NCBI GenBank assembly: GCA_002104905.1
Contig: MCFE01000245.1
Location: 1-64,000, forward strand
Reading direction: 5' to 3'
DNA: 64,000 nucleotides
Source: Basidiobolus meristosporus CBS 931.73
Taxonomy: Eukaryota; Fungi; Basidiobolomycota
This document shows, piece by piece, positions 38,797 to 53,095 of this stretch. Both the position numbers and the translations under genes were made by a program. Position 1 is the first letter of the stretch; every line of letters begins with the position of its first letter. A model generated the notes under the pieces. The model was given only the letters and a program-made list of their open reading frames with translations. It did not search any database and was not told where the DNA came from.

Positions 38797-41405
38797 ATGA
38801 AGTTTCTTTGTAGGGCACTTCTTGCAATATCACTGCTGACTTTCCCCCACTCTATCACATCGAGTTTACCTGATTGGCATGGCCGTATGAAGCATGAGAC
38901 TCACGAATATTATACTTTAAAAGTAAATACGCAAAATGTATCGCCTCTAGATATTGCCACTCTACTTGGACTTGAGTATGTGGGCGATATGCGTGAGTTA
39001 GGGGATTATCACATTTTTTCAATGCCAAGGAACGTTATACATCCATACGGTTCGGTGGAAAAGCGCTTTGCACAGTTGAAGGAAGATCATGGCACCGGAA
39101 ACCTGAAAAAGCGAGAATTTCATCAGTTTAGCCAAGTGCAAGGTCAGCTCCAACAGCAGACTCTTAGAAAACGAGTGAAGCGCGTTGTGCCTGCCCCTCC
39201 ACCCCCGGCGGAGGGAGGATCCTCAGCAGAGATAAGCCAAAGCCTTACTGCCAAATCAGTAGCGGAATCGTTTGGCTTTCAGGATCCGGGTTTTCCTGCG
39301 CAATGGCATCTGTTTAATGAGCAAAACGTAGGAAATGACTTGAATATCACTGATGTATGGCGACAAGGTAAGTCGAAAGCAAGATAAAAGCGACTCGTTT
39401 ACAACTAATAACCTTATCCAAACACCTAGGTATAGTTGGAGAAAACGTGGTAGTTGCCTTGCTAGATGACGGTTTAGATATGTATAGTGATGACTTAAAA
39501 GCCAATTATGTATGTGTTATAAAGACACTCTAATGTTTCAACACTACTAATACCCCTTTGACCTCCAGTTTGCTGAAGGGTCCTATGACTTCAACGACCA
39601 CGTACCAGAGCCAAAACCAAAATTATTTGATGACTATCATGGAACTCGCTGTGCTGGTGAGATTGCGGCTGTCAATAACACAGCCTGTGGCATAGGTGTA
39701 GCGTATGGCGCTAAGGTTGCAGGTAGGATTGCACAGTTTACTTGCCGACGACTTCTTGCTAATCATCAATTTGGGATATGATTAGGAGTTCGTATTCTCT
39801 CAGGAGAGATAAGTGACGCTGATGAAGCACTAGCCTTGGTTTATAAGAACCAAAAGAACCATATCTTCTCATGCAGCTGGGGACCTCCTGACGATGGGCA
39901 GTCTATGGAAGCACCTAGTGAAATCATTCTTGACGCTATGATCAAGGGGATTAATGAAGGGCGCGGCGGAAAGGGTAGCATTTACGTATTTGCTACTGGA
40001 AATGGCGGCAACAGTGAGGACAATTGCAATTTTGATGGCTACACCAATAGCATATATACCGTATCAATTGGTGCTGCTGACAGAAAGAATGGACATCCTT
40101 ACTATTCAGAGAAGTGCTCAGCTCAACTGGCCGTCACCTACAGTAGCGGGGCTAGTGGATCCGATTATATCTACACCACTGACGTCGGCAAAAACAAATG
40201 CACCGATCGCCACGGCGGCACCTCGGCAGCTGCACCCTTGGCAGCTGGTCTCTTTGCACTTGTACTTTCAATACGTCCCGAACTACATTGGAGAGATGTA
40301 CAACATCTGGCAGTCAATACAGCGATTCCTATCGCTCTAGACGATGACGATTGGAAGGATACTGCGGCTGGCCGTCGATTCAACCATAAATACGGATACG
40401 GCAAACTGGATGCATATCGCCTGATAGAGGCAGCCAAAGTCTACAAGTCTGTCCCACCGCAAGTTCAGCTTACATCTGATGTTATCCATGTAAACCAGAG
40501 TATCCCCTCGGACTCTAATGGATTGAGTAGTACATTCACGGTCTCTGAGGATCTTTTGAGGCAACAAGCATTTGGAAAATTGGAACACATCACCGTTAAA
40601 TTGAATGCTGAGCATCAACGACGTGGTGAAGTTATTGTACATTTAATCTCGCCCAACAACATTACATCCGAACTGTCGCCAGGGAGAAAGTTTGACGACA
40701 GCGTCGAAGGGTTTCGTAACTGGACTTTCATGACGGTCAAGCATTGGTAAGTTATCTTAACGTGTTTTGCCTTGGTTTCTGTAAAACTGATTGTTCCAAA
40801 GGGACGAGCCATTGATAGGCGAGTGGACTCTTCGAGTATTGGACCCTGAAAACCCTGGCAAGACAGGAAAATTCGTTGACTGGACCATTAATTTCTTCGG
40901 GTCTAAATCAGAGGCGTCTGAGGAACCCACCTCCACCGAAACGCCTGAAGCACCTTCGGCCCAACTTCCTACGAATAGCTCTCAGGAGGTCGAGAAAATA
41001 ACCCATTCATCTTCAAGGGTGTTCTTGTTGAGTGTAGTGGGCATTTGCGGAACACTGGGCTTGGTTGTAGCGGCATTTTTGGTTCACCGACGTTATGTCC
41101 GAAACAGGGGACTTTGGGAAGCATACGAGTTTGAGACCATGGGATCTAATGGCAACAATCAAACACCCCGGGTTGGAATATTCGAGCAGGCGCGTAGATA
41201 CTTCAAGCCAAGCCAAGACATTGAGGATTCCCACGATGCTCTGCTGGGCAACAAGCAAGAAAATGACATCAACGCGATGTCGGCGTTTGTTGATGTTGAG
41301 ATAACACCTACAATGGCGGAGCAGTCGGGCTTCGAGATTGGAGAGAGCAGTGATGAGGAGATCGGAGAATCAAGCCATCAAAGTGCAGATGCAGAAAGTA
41401 TTTAG
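38797..41405 (+). CDS. KEX2: Kexin (subtilisin-like proprotein convertase), copy 1
   Basis: Signal peptide, prodomain ending RKRVKR, catalytic LLDDG / HGTRCAGE / GNGG / GGTSAAAP, P-domain, TM helix, cytosolic YEFET motif. Confidence 0.96.
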
Positions 41406-41800
41406 CCGCCACCCTAGTAGACCCTCTGTATATCATTTCACAATTCCCCGGCATATTATATTATACAACCATTATTTATTCCCGATGAAATAAACGATTA
41501 ATTTATACATCTTCCTCGGTGTAAACATCCTCCCATCACAGAATCCAAGGGTATCAACTAATTCTAGGATCAACCCAATCGTTACGCGTCAATAAGACCA
41601 ATCACCAGGGTGTTTACAAAAACCAAAACAACAATGATCCCGTTCGGCGAGAAGTTAAAAACAAACAACAGTCGTGACTGAAGTTTAGTTGGTATTCTTC
41701 CACGTCCATACCTCCATTCCCTTCTGCCCCTCTTATCTGTACTAGATATTTGCCATTTGTTTATTTGCGAGGGCAACTCTCGATATCTTAATTAGCTAGT

Positions 41801-44062
41801 ATGAGTAGTCTTCTGTACACCGTTTCCATTCCCATCAGTATTGAGGATGAGCTTGACAAGATCTCCTCTTTTTTCGAGAAGTTCTCGGTCGGGGCAAAGC
41901 CAAGCCAGGACTCTATTGAAGACTCCATGGAGATAGACACACCCTCTGAGCAGCAAAGAAGTTATAAGTACCTGGAGCTGTTACAGGACGTGGCCAATTG
42001 CGTCGTCGACTCCGTAACCATCGAACTGGATGATATTGCTAAATTCGAGGAAACCGAAAGTGGGCTAGTTAGAAATATTATGCAGAATACCAAGCGGTAT
42101 CAGGATTTGTTCTCTCGAGTCATTGATCGATTGATGCCTGCTCCTACCGTCGATGTCTCTGTACAAGGATCTGTCATTGATGTCATCATCAACCAGCGCC
42201 GCCAGCGTGACCAGGAGCGTAGTGAAGAAGCAGGCCCCAAGTTCCCAGACATTTTAACTCGCAGATACTCCGTGTACATTAAGCCCCTTTCCAAAGACAA
42301 GGCAGTTGCAGTGCGCGAGATTCACGGTGACCGCGTCGGTCAACTCGTAACTGTTCGTGGCATTGTGACCAGAGTCTCAGACGTCAAGCCGCTCTTGTCG
42401 GTTTGCGCTTACAGTTGCGACTCTTGCGGGTTTGAGGTTTTCCAAGAGATCAAGCAAAGACAATTCATGCCACTTACCGAGTGTCCATCTGAAGAATGTA
42501 CCAAGAACAAGACCAAAGGACAATTGTTTATGCAAACACGTGCCAGCAAATTCTTGAAATTCCAGGAAGTCAAGCTTCAAGAAATGACCGATCAAGTTCC
42601 TATGGGACATATCCCACGTACCATGACAGTTCACATGTATGAGGACTTGACTAGAAGTGTGAATCCCGGTGATGTGGTTCATATCTCAGGAATCTTCTTA
42701 CCGACTCCCTTCTCCGGATTCCGCGCCATCCGTGCTGGCTTGATTGCCGACACTTTCCTCGAAGGCCAGCACATCGAGCAACTCAAGAAGCAATACGAGC
42801 AGATGGAAATCACTGATGACATCCGTGCTGAAGTTGAGAGCCTCAGCCAAGATCCTGACGTCTATAGCAGACTTGCCAAAAGTATTGCCCCAGAAATTTA
42901 CGGCCATGAAGACGTCAAGAAAGTTTTGCTACTTCTTCTCGTCGGAGGTGTCACGAAGAATACGGAGGATGGCATGAAAATCAGAGGCGACATCAACGTC
43001 TGCTTAATGGGTGACCCTGGTGTAGCCAAATCCCAGATGTTGAAGTTCATTTCTAAAACTGCTCCCCGTGGTGTGTTTACCACTGGACGTGGTTCATCCG
43101 GCGTAGGTTTGACCGCTGCCGTTATGAGAGATCCTGTCACTGACGAAATGGTGTTGGAGGGAGGTGCTCTGGTGTTGGCTGATAATGGTATTTGCTGCAT
43201 TGATGAGTTTGACAAGATGGATGAACAAGATCGTACTGCAATTCACGAAGTAATGGAACAGCAAACTATCAGCATCAGTAAGGCAGGAATCAATACTACC
43301 CTGAATGCTCGTACCTCTATCCTGGCAGCTGCCAATCCAGTCCACGGCCGTTACAATCCCAACCTGCCTCCACTTCGTAACATCAACTTGCCCGCCGCCC
43401 TACTCTCCCGTTTCGATATTCTCTATCTGATGTTAGATACTCCCTCCGAAATCGACGAGTTGCTTGCCAGACACGTAACCGAAGTTCATATGACCAACTC
43501 CGCTCCTCAAACCGACGTTGAAGTCCTTGAGCCTAGTATGCTTCGTCATTATGTTTCCATGGCTAGACAGAAGCGACCTACCGTGCCTAGGGATGTTGCA
43601 GAGCATATCGTCAATTCCTACGTTCAAATTCGACACGAATACTTCTCTCACTTGAAGGGTGGCTCCCGCAACGGACAAAAAGGCCCAGCTGTACACATTA
43701 CCGCTCGTACCTTGCTTGGCATCATCCGTTTGGCCCAGGCTTTGGCCAGAATTCGGTTCGCTGACCAGGTTGATCCTCAAGATATCGATGAAGCCCTGCG
43801 TTTGATGGATTCCGCACACTCCAGTCTAGATCAATCTGCTAAGGGAACACAATCCTCAACCCAAGATACAATCTTCACCACCATTCTCCAAATGTTCAAC
43901 GAGCTTCCTGGTGAGAAGGTGCTGAAGTATCGTTCGGTTGTCGATCGCTTGTCGAGAACGGGAAATAGCGAGAAGAAGGTTATTGATGCTATCAAGAAAT
44001 ACGAGAACTTGAACATTTGGGTTCTCAACCAAGCTCGTACCAAGTTAACTTTGATTAATTAA
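41801..44062 (+). CDS. MCM7: DNA replication licensing factor MCM7
   Basis: 753-aa intronless ORF; LMGDPGVAKSQ, TTGRGSSGVGLTAAVMRDPVTDEM, IDEFDKM, AALLSRFD. Confidence 0.96.
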   Translation: MSSLLYTVSIPISIEDELDKISSFFEKFSVGAKPSQDSIEDSMEIDTPSEQQRSYKYLELLQDVANCVVDSVTIELDDIAKFEETESGLVRNIMQNTKRYQDLFSRVIDRLMPAPTVDVSVQGSVIDVIINQRRQRDQERSEEAGPKFPDILTRRYSVYIKPLSKDKAVAVREIHGDRVGQLVTVRGIVTRVSDVKPLLSVCAYSCDSCGFEVFQEIKQRQFMPLTECPSEECTKNKTKGQLFMQTRASKFLKFQEVKLQEMTDQVPMGHIPRTMTVHMYEDLTRSVNPGDVVHISGIFLPTPFSGFRAIRAGLIADTFLEGQHIEQLKKQYEQMEITDDIRAEVESLSQDPDVYSRLAKSIAPEIYGHEDVKKVLLLLLVGGVTKNTEDGMKIRGDINVCLMGDPGVAKSQMLKFISKTAPRGVFTTGRGSSGVGLTAAVMRDPVTDEMVLEGGALVLADNGICCIDEFDKMDEQDRTAIHEVMEQQTISISKAGINTTLNARTSILAAANPVHGRYNPNLPPLRNINLPAALLSRFDILYLMLDTPSEIDELLARHVTEVHMTNSAPQTDVEVLEPSMLRHYVSMARQKRPTVPRDVAEHIVNSYVQIRHEYFSHLKGGSRNGQKGPAVHITARTLLGIIRLAQALARIRFADQVDPQDIDEALRLMDSAHSSLDQSAKGTQSSTQDTIFTTILQMFNELPGEKVLKYRSVVDRLSRTGNSEKKVIDAIKKYENLNIWVLNQARTKLTLIN

Positions 44063-44538
44063 TGAAACCAGGGCTATTATTACGTTCTTGATCAATCGGT
44101 TTATTTTTCCATGTTTCAATATCAATGCCTATTCATGTTTGTATATAGATTCTTTCCCTTCATTTGTGAAATGGATTCTTCGCAAAAGTGTGGTTAGTCT
44201 TGTCGCTAATAAAGTTGACAATAATCCCAAATTCTCTAGCATCGAGTAAACCTTGCCAGTATGGAGCTATCGTAATTCCTCGGGAAATCCCTGTGATTGG
44301 TTGATTTTCCCCCTCAGGAAATCGTCCAAAACAGTATTTTGAGATTTCAAAACAAACAAGTACAAACATAAACAATGATATCTCTAAAAAGCCAAAACAT
44401 TGTGAATAACTCCAATTCCGTATCTTCTCTTCCGACAATCATAATCTTTCCTATTATTATCCCTGGATACATAACCGTCGTTCAGTTTACTTCGCCTAGT
44501 TTCTAGCATACCTTGTACTTTGTTCACAATATCACAGA

Positions 44539-47404
44539 ATGGTAACGTTGCTGGTGTTGGACTATCAGGTGTGTTCACAAACCGGCTAACCTATACCCTT
44601 GTCGCTATTTTAGGCTTCACGCAAACGTACCAGAGATTCCCCCGCTCCACTCCAAACCAGTGATGATTTGGTTAGCTCGCCACCGGCAAATTTCCTACCC
44701 TCCAGTCCTTACTTATACTCCGACTTGCCCGGAGAGGAAGACCTAATTCATGAAGATATGGTGGAAGATCTTGATGATGAAGCTGGAGAAGACCTATTCG
44801 GCTCCGATATGGAAAAGTAAATGATATCCAGTCTGTTGAACACTTGATTTGTTACTAACAGTGTTCTTTGGTTTATTAGCGACTATAAAGAGAATATCAA
44901 GCTCGACACGTACGAAGCAGACGATATCGATGACCAAGAATACGAAGCTATGGACATCGCCTCTAGGGCTGAGATCGAAGCTCGTATGAAAGCCAGAGAT
45001 GCAATGTATGGAAGAAATGTCCCTGCAGCATTCTTGGGAGAGTACGACGAAGCCGATCAGCGTATTTCGGAGCCTCGTCGCCGTAGAAGATTGAGAGAAA
45101 GAGATATGGATGTTGGCATGCAAATCGATGACGACTCCACATATACACCACTCGAGGATATGGATATGAAAGGACAAAGTATTGCCGAGTGGGTCCTAAA
45201 TCCCGAGGTTACCAAAGCCATCAAGAGAGAATTCAACCATTTCCTTCTCACTTACGTTGATGATCATGGTAACTCCGTCTATGGTGAACGGATTCGTAGA
45301 TTGGGCGAAGGTTAGTATCATTTATCATGCTTATCTACACGTCAAACCACAGCATTCTAATCAATTTCGTGATGCAGTCAACTCCCAAAGCTTGGAAGTC
45401 AGCTATACCCATCTCGCAGATTCCAAACCTCTATTGGCCTATTACCTCGCCAACTCCCCTTCACAGATGTTGACCATCTTGAACCAAGTTGCATGGGAAA
45501 CCGTACTCAAGATGTACCCCTATTACGATCGTATCTACTCTGAAGTCCATGTACGAATTGCAGAATTGCCGTCCATCTGCAGTCTACGTGATCTTCGTCA
45601 AACCCATCTCAACACCCTTGTTCGCGTGTTTGGTGTAGTTTCCAGAAGAACAAGCGTATTCCCGCAGTTGAAGTATGTCAAATATGACTGTCTCAAGTGT
45701 GGTAATGTTCTTGGCCCGTTTTATCAAGATGCCCAGAACGAAATCAAGGTCGGGAACTGTAACAATTGTGGATCCAAGGGTCCGTTCAATGTCAATGCCG
45801 AGCAAACGGTCTACAGAAACTACCAAAAAATCACTCTTCAAGAAACCCCCGGCACCGTGCCTGCCGGCCGTCTTCCTCGTCACCGCGAAGTAGTCTTGTT
45901 GTTCGACCTGATCGATAATGTCAAGCCTGGAGAGGAAATCGAAGTCACCGGTATATACAAGAATAACTTCGATTCCTCATTGAACACCCTCAATGGGTTC
46001 CCAGTGTTTGCCACCATCCTTGAGGCCAATTCTATCAACAAAAGATCCGATGAATTCGCCACATTCAGACTTACCGAGGACGATCTCAAAGAAATCCGTA
46101 ACCTCGCCAAGGATGAAAAGATCGGGCGGAGAATCATCAAAAGTATCGCCCCATCCATCTATGGACACGATGATATTAAAACCTGCCTTGCTCTCTCTCT
46201 GTTTGGAGGCTGTGCGAAGAATCACAACAACAAGCATCGTATCCGTGGAGACATCAACGTATTGATGCTCGGTGATCCGGGTACTGCCAAGTCCCAATTC
46301 CTCAAATATATCGAACAAACCGCACACAGAGCCGTCTTTACTACTGGCCAGGGTGCTTCAGCCGTCGGTCTAACTGCCTCTGTGAGGAAAGACCCAATGA
46401 CCAAGGAATGGACATTAGAAGGAGGAGCTCTGGTGTTGGCCGATAAGGGAGTGTGCCTTATCGATGAGTTCGATAAAATGAACGACCAGGATCGTACTAG
46501 TATCCATGAAGCTATGGAGCAACAGACAATTTCCATCTCAAAGGCTGGCATTGTCACCACACTACAAGCTCGATGTGCAGTTGTTGCTGCAGCCAATCCT
46601 ATCCGAGGCCGATACAACCCCTCTATTCCATTTTCGCAGAACGTGGAGCTCACCGATCCTATTCTTTCCCGTTTCGATGCCTTGTGTGTTGTAAAGGACG
46701 AGGCTGACCCACTTCTGGATGAACAATTGGGTAGATTTGTTGTGGAGAGTCACATGCGCAGTCACCCCGACTTCTCACCTGAAGAATTGGAAACTTCCAC
46801 AACCATCAAAGACGAAGATCTCATCCCACAGGACTTGCTCCGAAAATACATCATGTATGCCAAGGAGAACGTCTCGCCCAAGATTCATCAGATCGATGAG
46901 GAGAAGGTCACCAACTTCTATGCCCAGTTGAGACAGGAATCAGTGTTCTGTGGAGGAATCCCAATCACAGTCCGTCATCTTGAATCCATTGCTCGTATGA
47001 GTGAAGCTCGTGCCAAGATGCATCTCCGTGACTTTGTTCGAAGTGATGATGTTGACTTTGCTATCAAAACCATGCTTCGTTCCTTCACCGAAGCACAGAA
47101 ATATGCAGCCAAGGTGTATCTTCGTAAGAAGTTGGCCAAGTATCTTAGCTACGACAGTGACCGATATGAGTTATTGCTTCATTTCCTCAAGAACATCCTT
47201 ATGGACCATATCAAGTTGCATCAACTTAAGCACAAGGGACAAAGCCCAGAGAAGGTATCAATCCCTCTTCAAGAGTTCGAAAGCAAAGCGGCTGAGAAAG
47301 ATATTCATGACATCTATCCTTTCTGCGAGTCCCCACTATTTACCGAGAGTGGATTTGTACTCAATCGGGAGGCTGGTTTGATCGTCAAAGATTTGGTTGC
47401 TTAG
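44539..47404 (+). CDS. MCM2: DNA replication licensing factor MCM2
   Basis: ATG|GT first exon; acidic N-terminal region (GEDLFGSDME, LDTYEADDID, EARMKARD); GDPGTAKSQFLKY, TGQGASAVGLTASVRKDPMTKEW, PITVRHLES. Confidence 0.96.
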
Positions 47405-47711
47405 AGTGATCGGCCTCTCATTATGTTTAATAGATTTCTCATACACTATCTTGAAAAATTTTATTCTTGTACACACCACCATTGCTTTATTTATGATTAA
47501 ACTATCTAAAAGTCATATCCTCAAGCAGCCAGAAGGAATTACCAGTGGTGTTCAAGTAGATCTCCTCTCCATAATTGATGTATTCAAGCTCATCACATTT
47601 GAGATCTAGTGATTCCACTTCGTTGATGATTCATTTGTTTAATATCACATATATACATATCATAATTCCAGATTGATTATTGTGTCATGCTTTTCTGTGT
47701 ATTAGTTCACC

Positions 47712-49099
47712 ATGAATTCTACGCAAATATCCATAAACGACCCCCAAGTGTGTGTCAATTACATCGTAAGCGAGTGCCCAAGCAGCCTATTCAAGTATAC
47801 CCGGTTTACGATCAAGCTCCTGCTTTCAAGCTTTTAGCTGATCCTTTCTGCACTTCCTAGCTTTAGTAAAGAAAATGTAGAAACATACGTGGTTGAACAT
47901 CTGCAGGTAGTTTTGATACTTGTTTCCCGCTTTGAATGGCCTCTGATAGTGTTTCAACAGAAAATTGGTCCGCCGAAATGCCAGTTATTGCACGTTGAGG
48001 AATTGAGGCAAGCCTACTGCACCACGAGGAGTGGTAGTGGCTATCAAAAGATAGAAAAAGAAGCACTCGAGAAGCTGAAACCTTTGGTGAAAGCTTGCGA
48101 TGAACACGTAAGATTGGCCAAAAAGGGTTTGGAAATCAACTTCCGAACTGATGAATCGACCCCAGTATATAAAGACATGGTATGGATTTGACAAAAAGCA
48201 GATGTTTGTACCTTGACTATAAACTTCATGCAAGTAACATTTCTCAAAGTTGACAGAAATCAACCAGCTGAGCGAAGAAATCGCCACGTCGTTAAGAAAA
48301 CTGGAAGACCATGGTATACTATATATCTCTTTACTTTCTCATAAACTTATCTGTTGCTGAATCTACGCTTAAATACCAGTTCATAGTTTACAACTACCAC
48401 AAGCGAACTCGGTTATTCTAAGGATAGAAACGCTGAAACGAATTAAGCAAACCAAGGAGGTATCAGCACGTATTAAAGACAATCCAGAGAATGAACCAAT
48501 TCCTAAGATTTTGCTCGTTTACAGGCGAGTCTATTGGAGACCTTCCAGAAGGGCGGCAATGCATCCGTTGCCGGTGCCTCACGATTAACAGTATGCGATG
48601 TTTGCGGCGCGTACCTATCGATCCATGATTACGGAATAGACAGAAGGTTAAGTTCAAGATGATATGGCATTGTTTGGGAAATTTTATTGACATTTTCCTT
48701 GGATTCTCAATTGCATCAGATTGTATGACCATACTGAAGGACTGGTAAGTTAGTTTTAGTCTAAAGAAGCCATGCTAAGCAGTAAGCATTAATACACAGC
48801 CCCAACAATAGATGCACAAAGCTTTCAAGCAGCTAAGAATGGCTCATAAACAGCTGGAGGAGACCGTAAGAGCCCGAGACCAGCAGCAGCCTAATCCACA
48901 TACTACAGAAATAAGCAGCAGTATTAGTGACAAAAACTTAAAGCGGAAGAGCTATGAAACTGATATCAATTCTAATCGCGACTATTCAAAGAGGCGTGCA
49001 TATGAAAGTCGGCCCAATGGTAAACAATACCCTCGTGAAAAGTCAAAGTCGAGTTCCTATGGGGATAGATCATACAAAGAGCGAGATAGGTACAGATAG
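47712..49099 (+). CDS. LUC7: Divergent LUC7-like U1 snRNP-associated zinc finger protein
   Basis: ZnF1 DPQVCVNYIVSECP...GPPKCQLLH; ZnF2 VCDVCGAYLS..DRR|LYDHTEGL|MH; RS/RD-rich tail. Start uncertain. Confidence 0.78.
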
Positions 49100-49702
49100 T
49101 TTTAGAGAAGCAAATTGACCTGCAGCACTGTGGCATCCTGACTTCATGTATATTGTTGATTCCTTAGAGTTTAGTTATGTCTACATACCAATGCAATTGT
49201 AACTTCATGACTTCTTGTAGTCTGTAGTACTAGTTCAATGAAGTATGCATATAAAATAGCTCCATTTTTATAACTTACGTCTGCTGGTCATTGGTTAAAA
49301 TCGCGTCAGAAGAATACTAACTATTATTTAATTGAAATATTGGTGTTTCATGTAGTTCGGATTAAAATTCCAATCATTTACTCTACCCGCCCATTCAAAT
49401 ATACAGCCCATGATGAAGTTCTAGATTTCATAAAGGTCCAACCATTTCAGTGGAATTGAAATCAATTCCTAGTGTAAATCACGTGATTCAGGAGTTCGAT
49501 TTGGAATTACTTTGGAAAACGAGGCAAGACGGCAAATGATTTTCAACATCTGGTATTTAACATTGAAAAGATTGGTACAGCAGCTTCTTTAACTACTCCC
49601 TCACGACCTGCGAAGCCCTGGAAGTACTCGATACAGACGGAAACCTGAAAAAGGCAGAAATAAGCTAAGACATCCAATCCGAATATTGGATACACAACAT
49701 AG

Positions 49703-52365
<2,663 letters not shown>

Positions 52366-53095
52366 AGTAGCAAACCTCCAGTGGCTCGATATTTTGCTCG
52401 TAGCCATGTCTTGACTGCCTTTCAATCCATCCCAAAATGTAATATAGCACTGTTCAGCTAATAAGAGCCATTCTATTCACATGCATCCAACAAAGCCCTC
52501 GCGGACCTCGCCGGGCTTTTCCTTTGATAATTTGAACCAACTGCCTCTGTTTAAATATAATTTAATATCCGATTAAGCAGCCAATGGTTTATTTATTTTG
52601 GATGTTGCTCTACAGTGTCAGTACACACGATCACTCATCTATTAGCGTCTAGTCTACAATCCTAGAGTCCGCCCAGGAAACTTCTTCATATTTTCTCGAT
52701 TAAATAGTAGAAGTGCTTTACGGAATTATTCGACTCGAAAAAGTCACTACTGGTGGCGGTGTATTCGATTACATTAGGGGTGGATGGTTCGTGGAGATCT
52801 TGTTACCGCGTGCGTTAGGAATTAATGAGTTAGTTTCGGTAATGTTTGGAGCCTTCCAGAAGTTTAGAAAGGGGTGGACTCTTCGAATCGAGACAGAGAC
52901 TGCTCACGGTAAATGGGAAATTTGCAAAACTATCAAAAATGTCCGAGCTTTGAGGAGGTTTCGTAACACTATAGGCGACGGGCGGGAAGAAGCGTTGGGT
53001 ATATGGATTGGAGGGCTTAAAAAGAGACTTGTAGATGGCGGATTTTGGGTCATCAAGGCCGGCTGATGAGGTTTTGATTCGGCTTACTTGTTGAA

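Noticed and set aside
41584-41589. ACGCGT (MCB-like) about 210 bp upstream of MCM7
   Set aside because: A single hexamer is expected by chance several times in 64 kb, and no matching site is evident upstream of MCM2; suggestive only.
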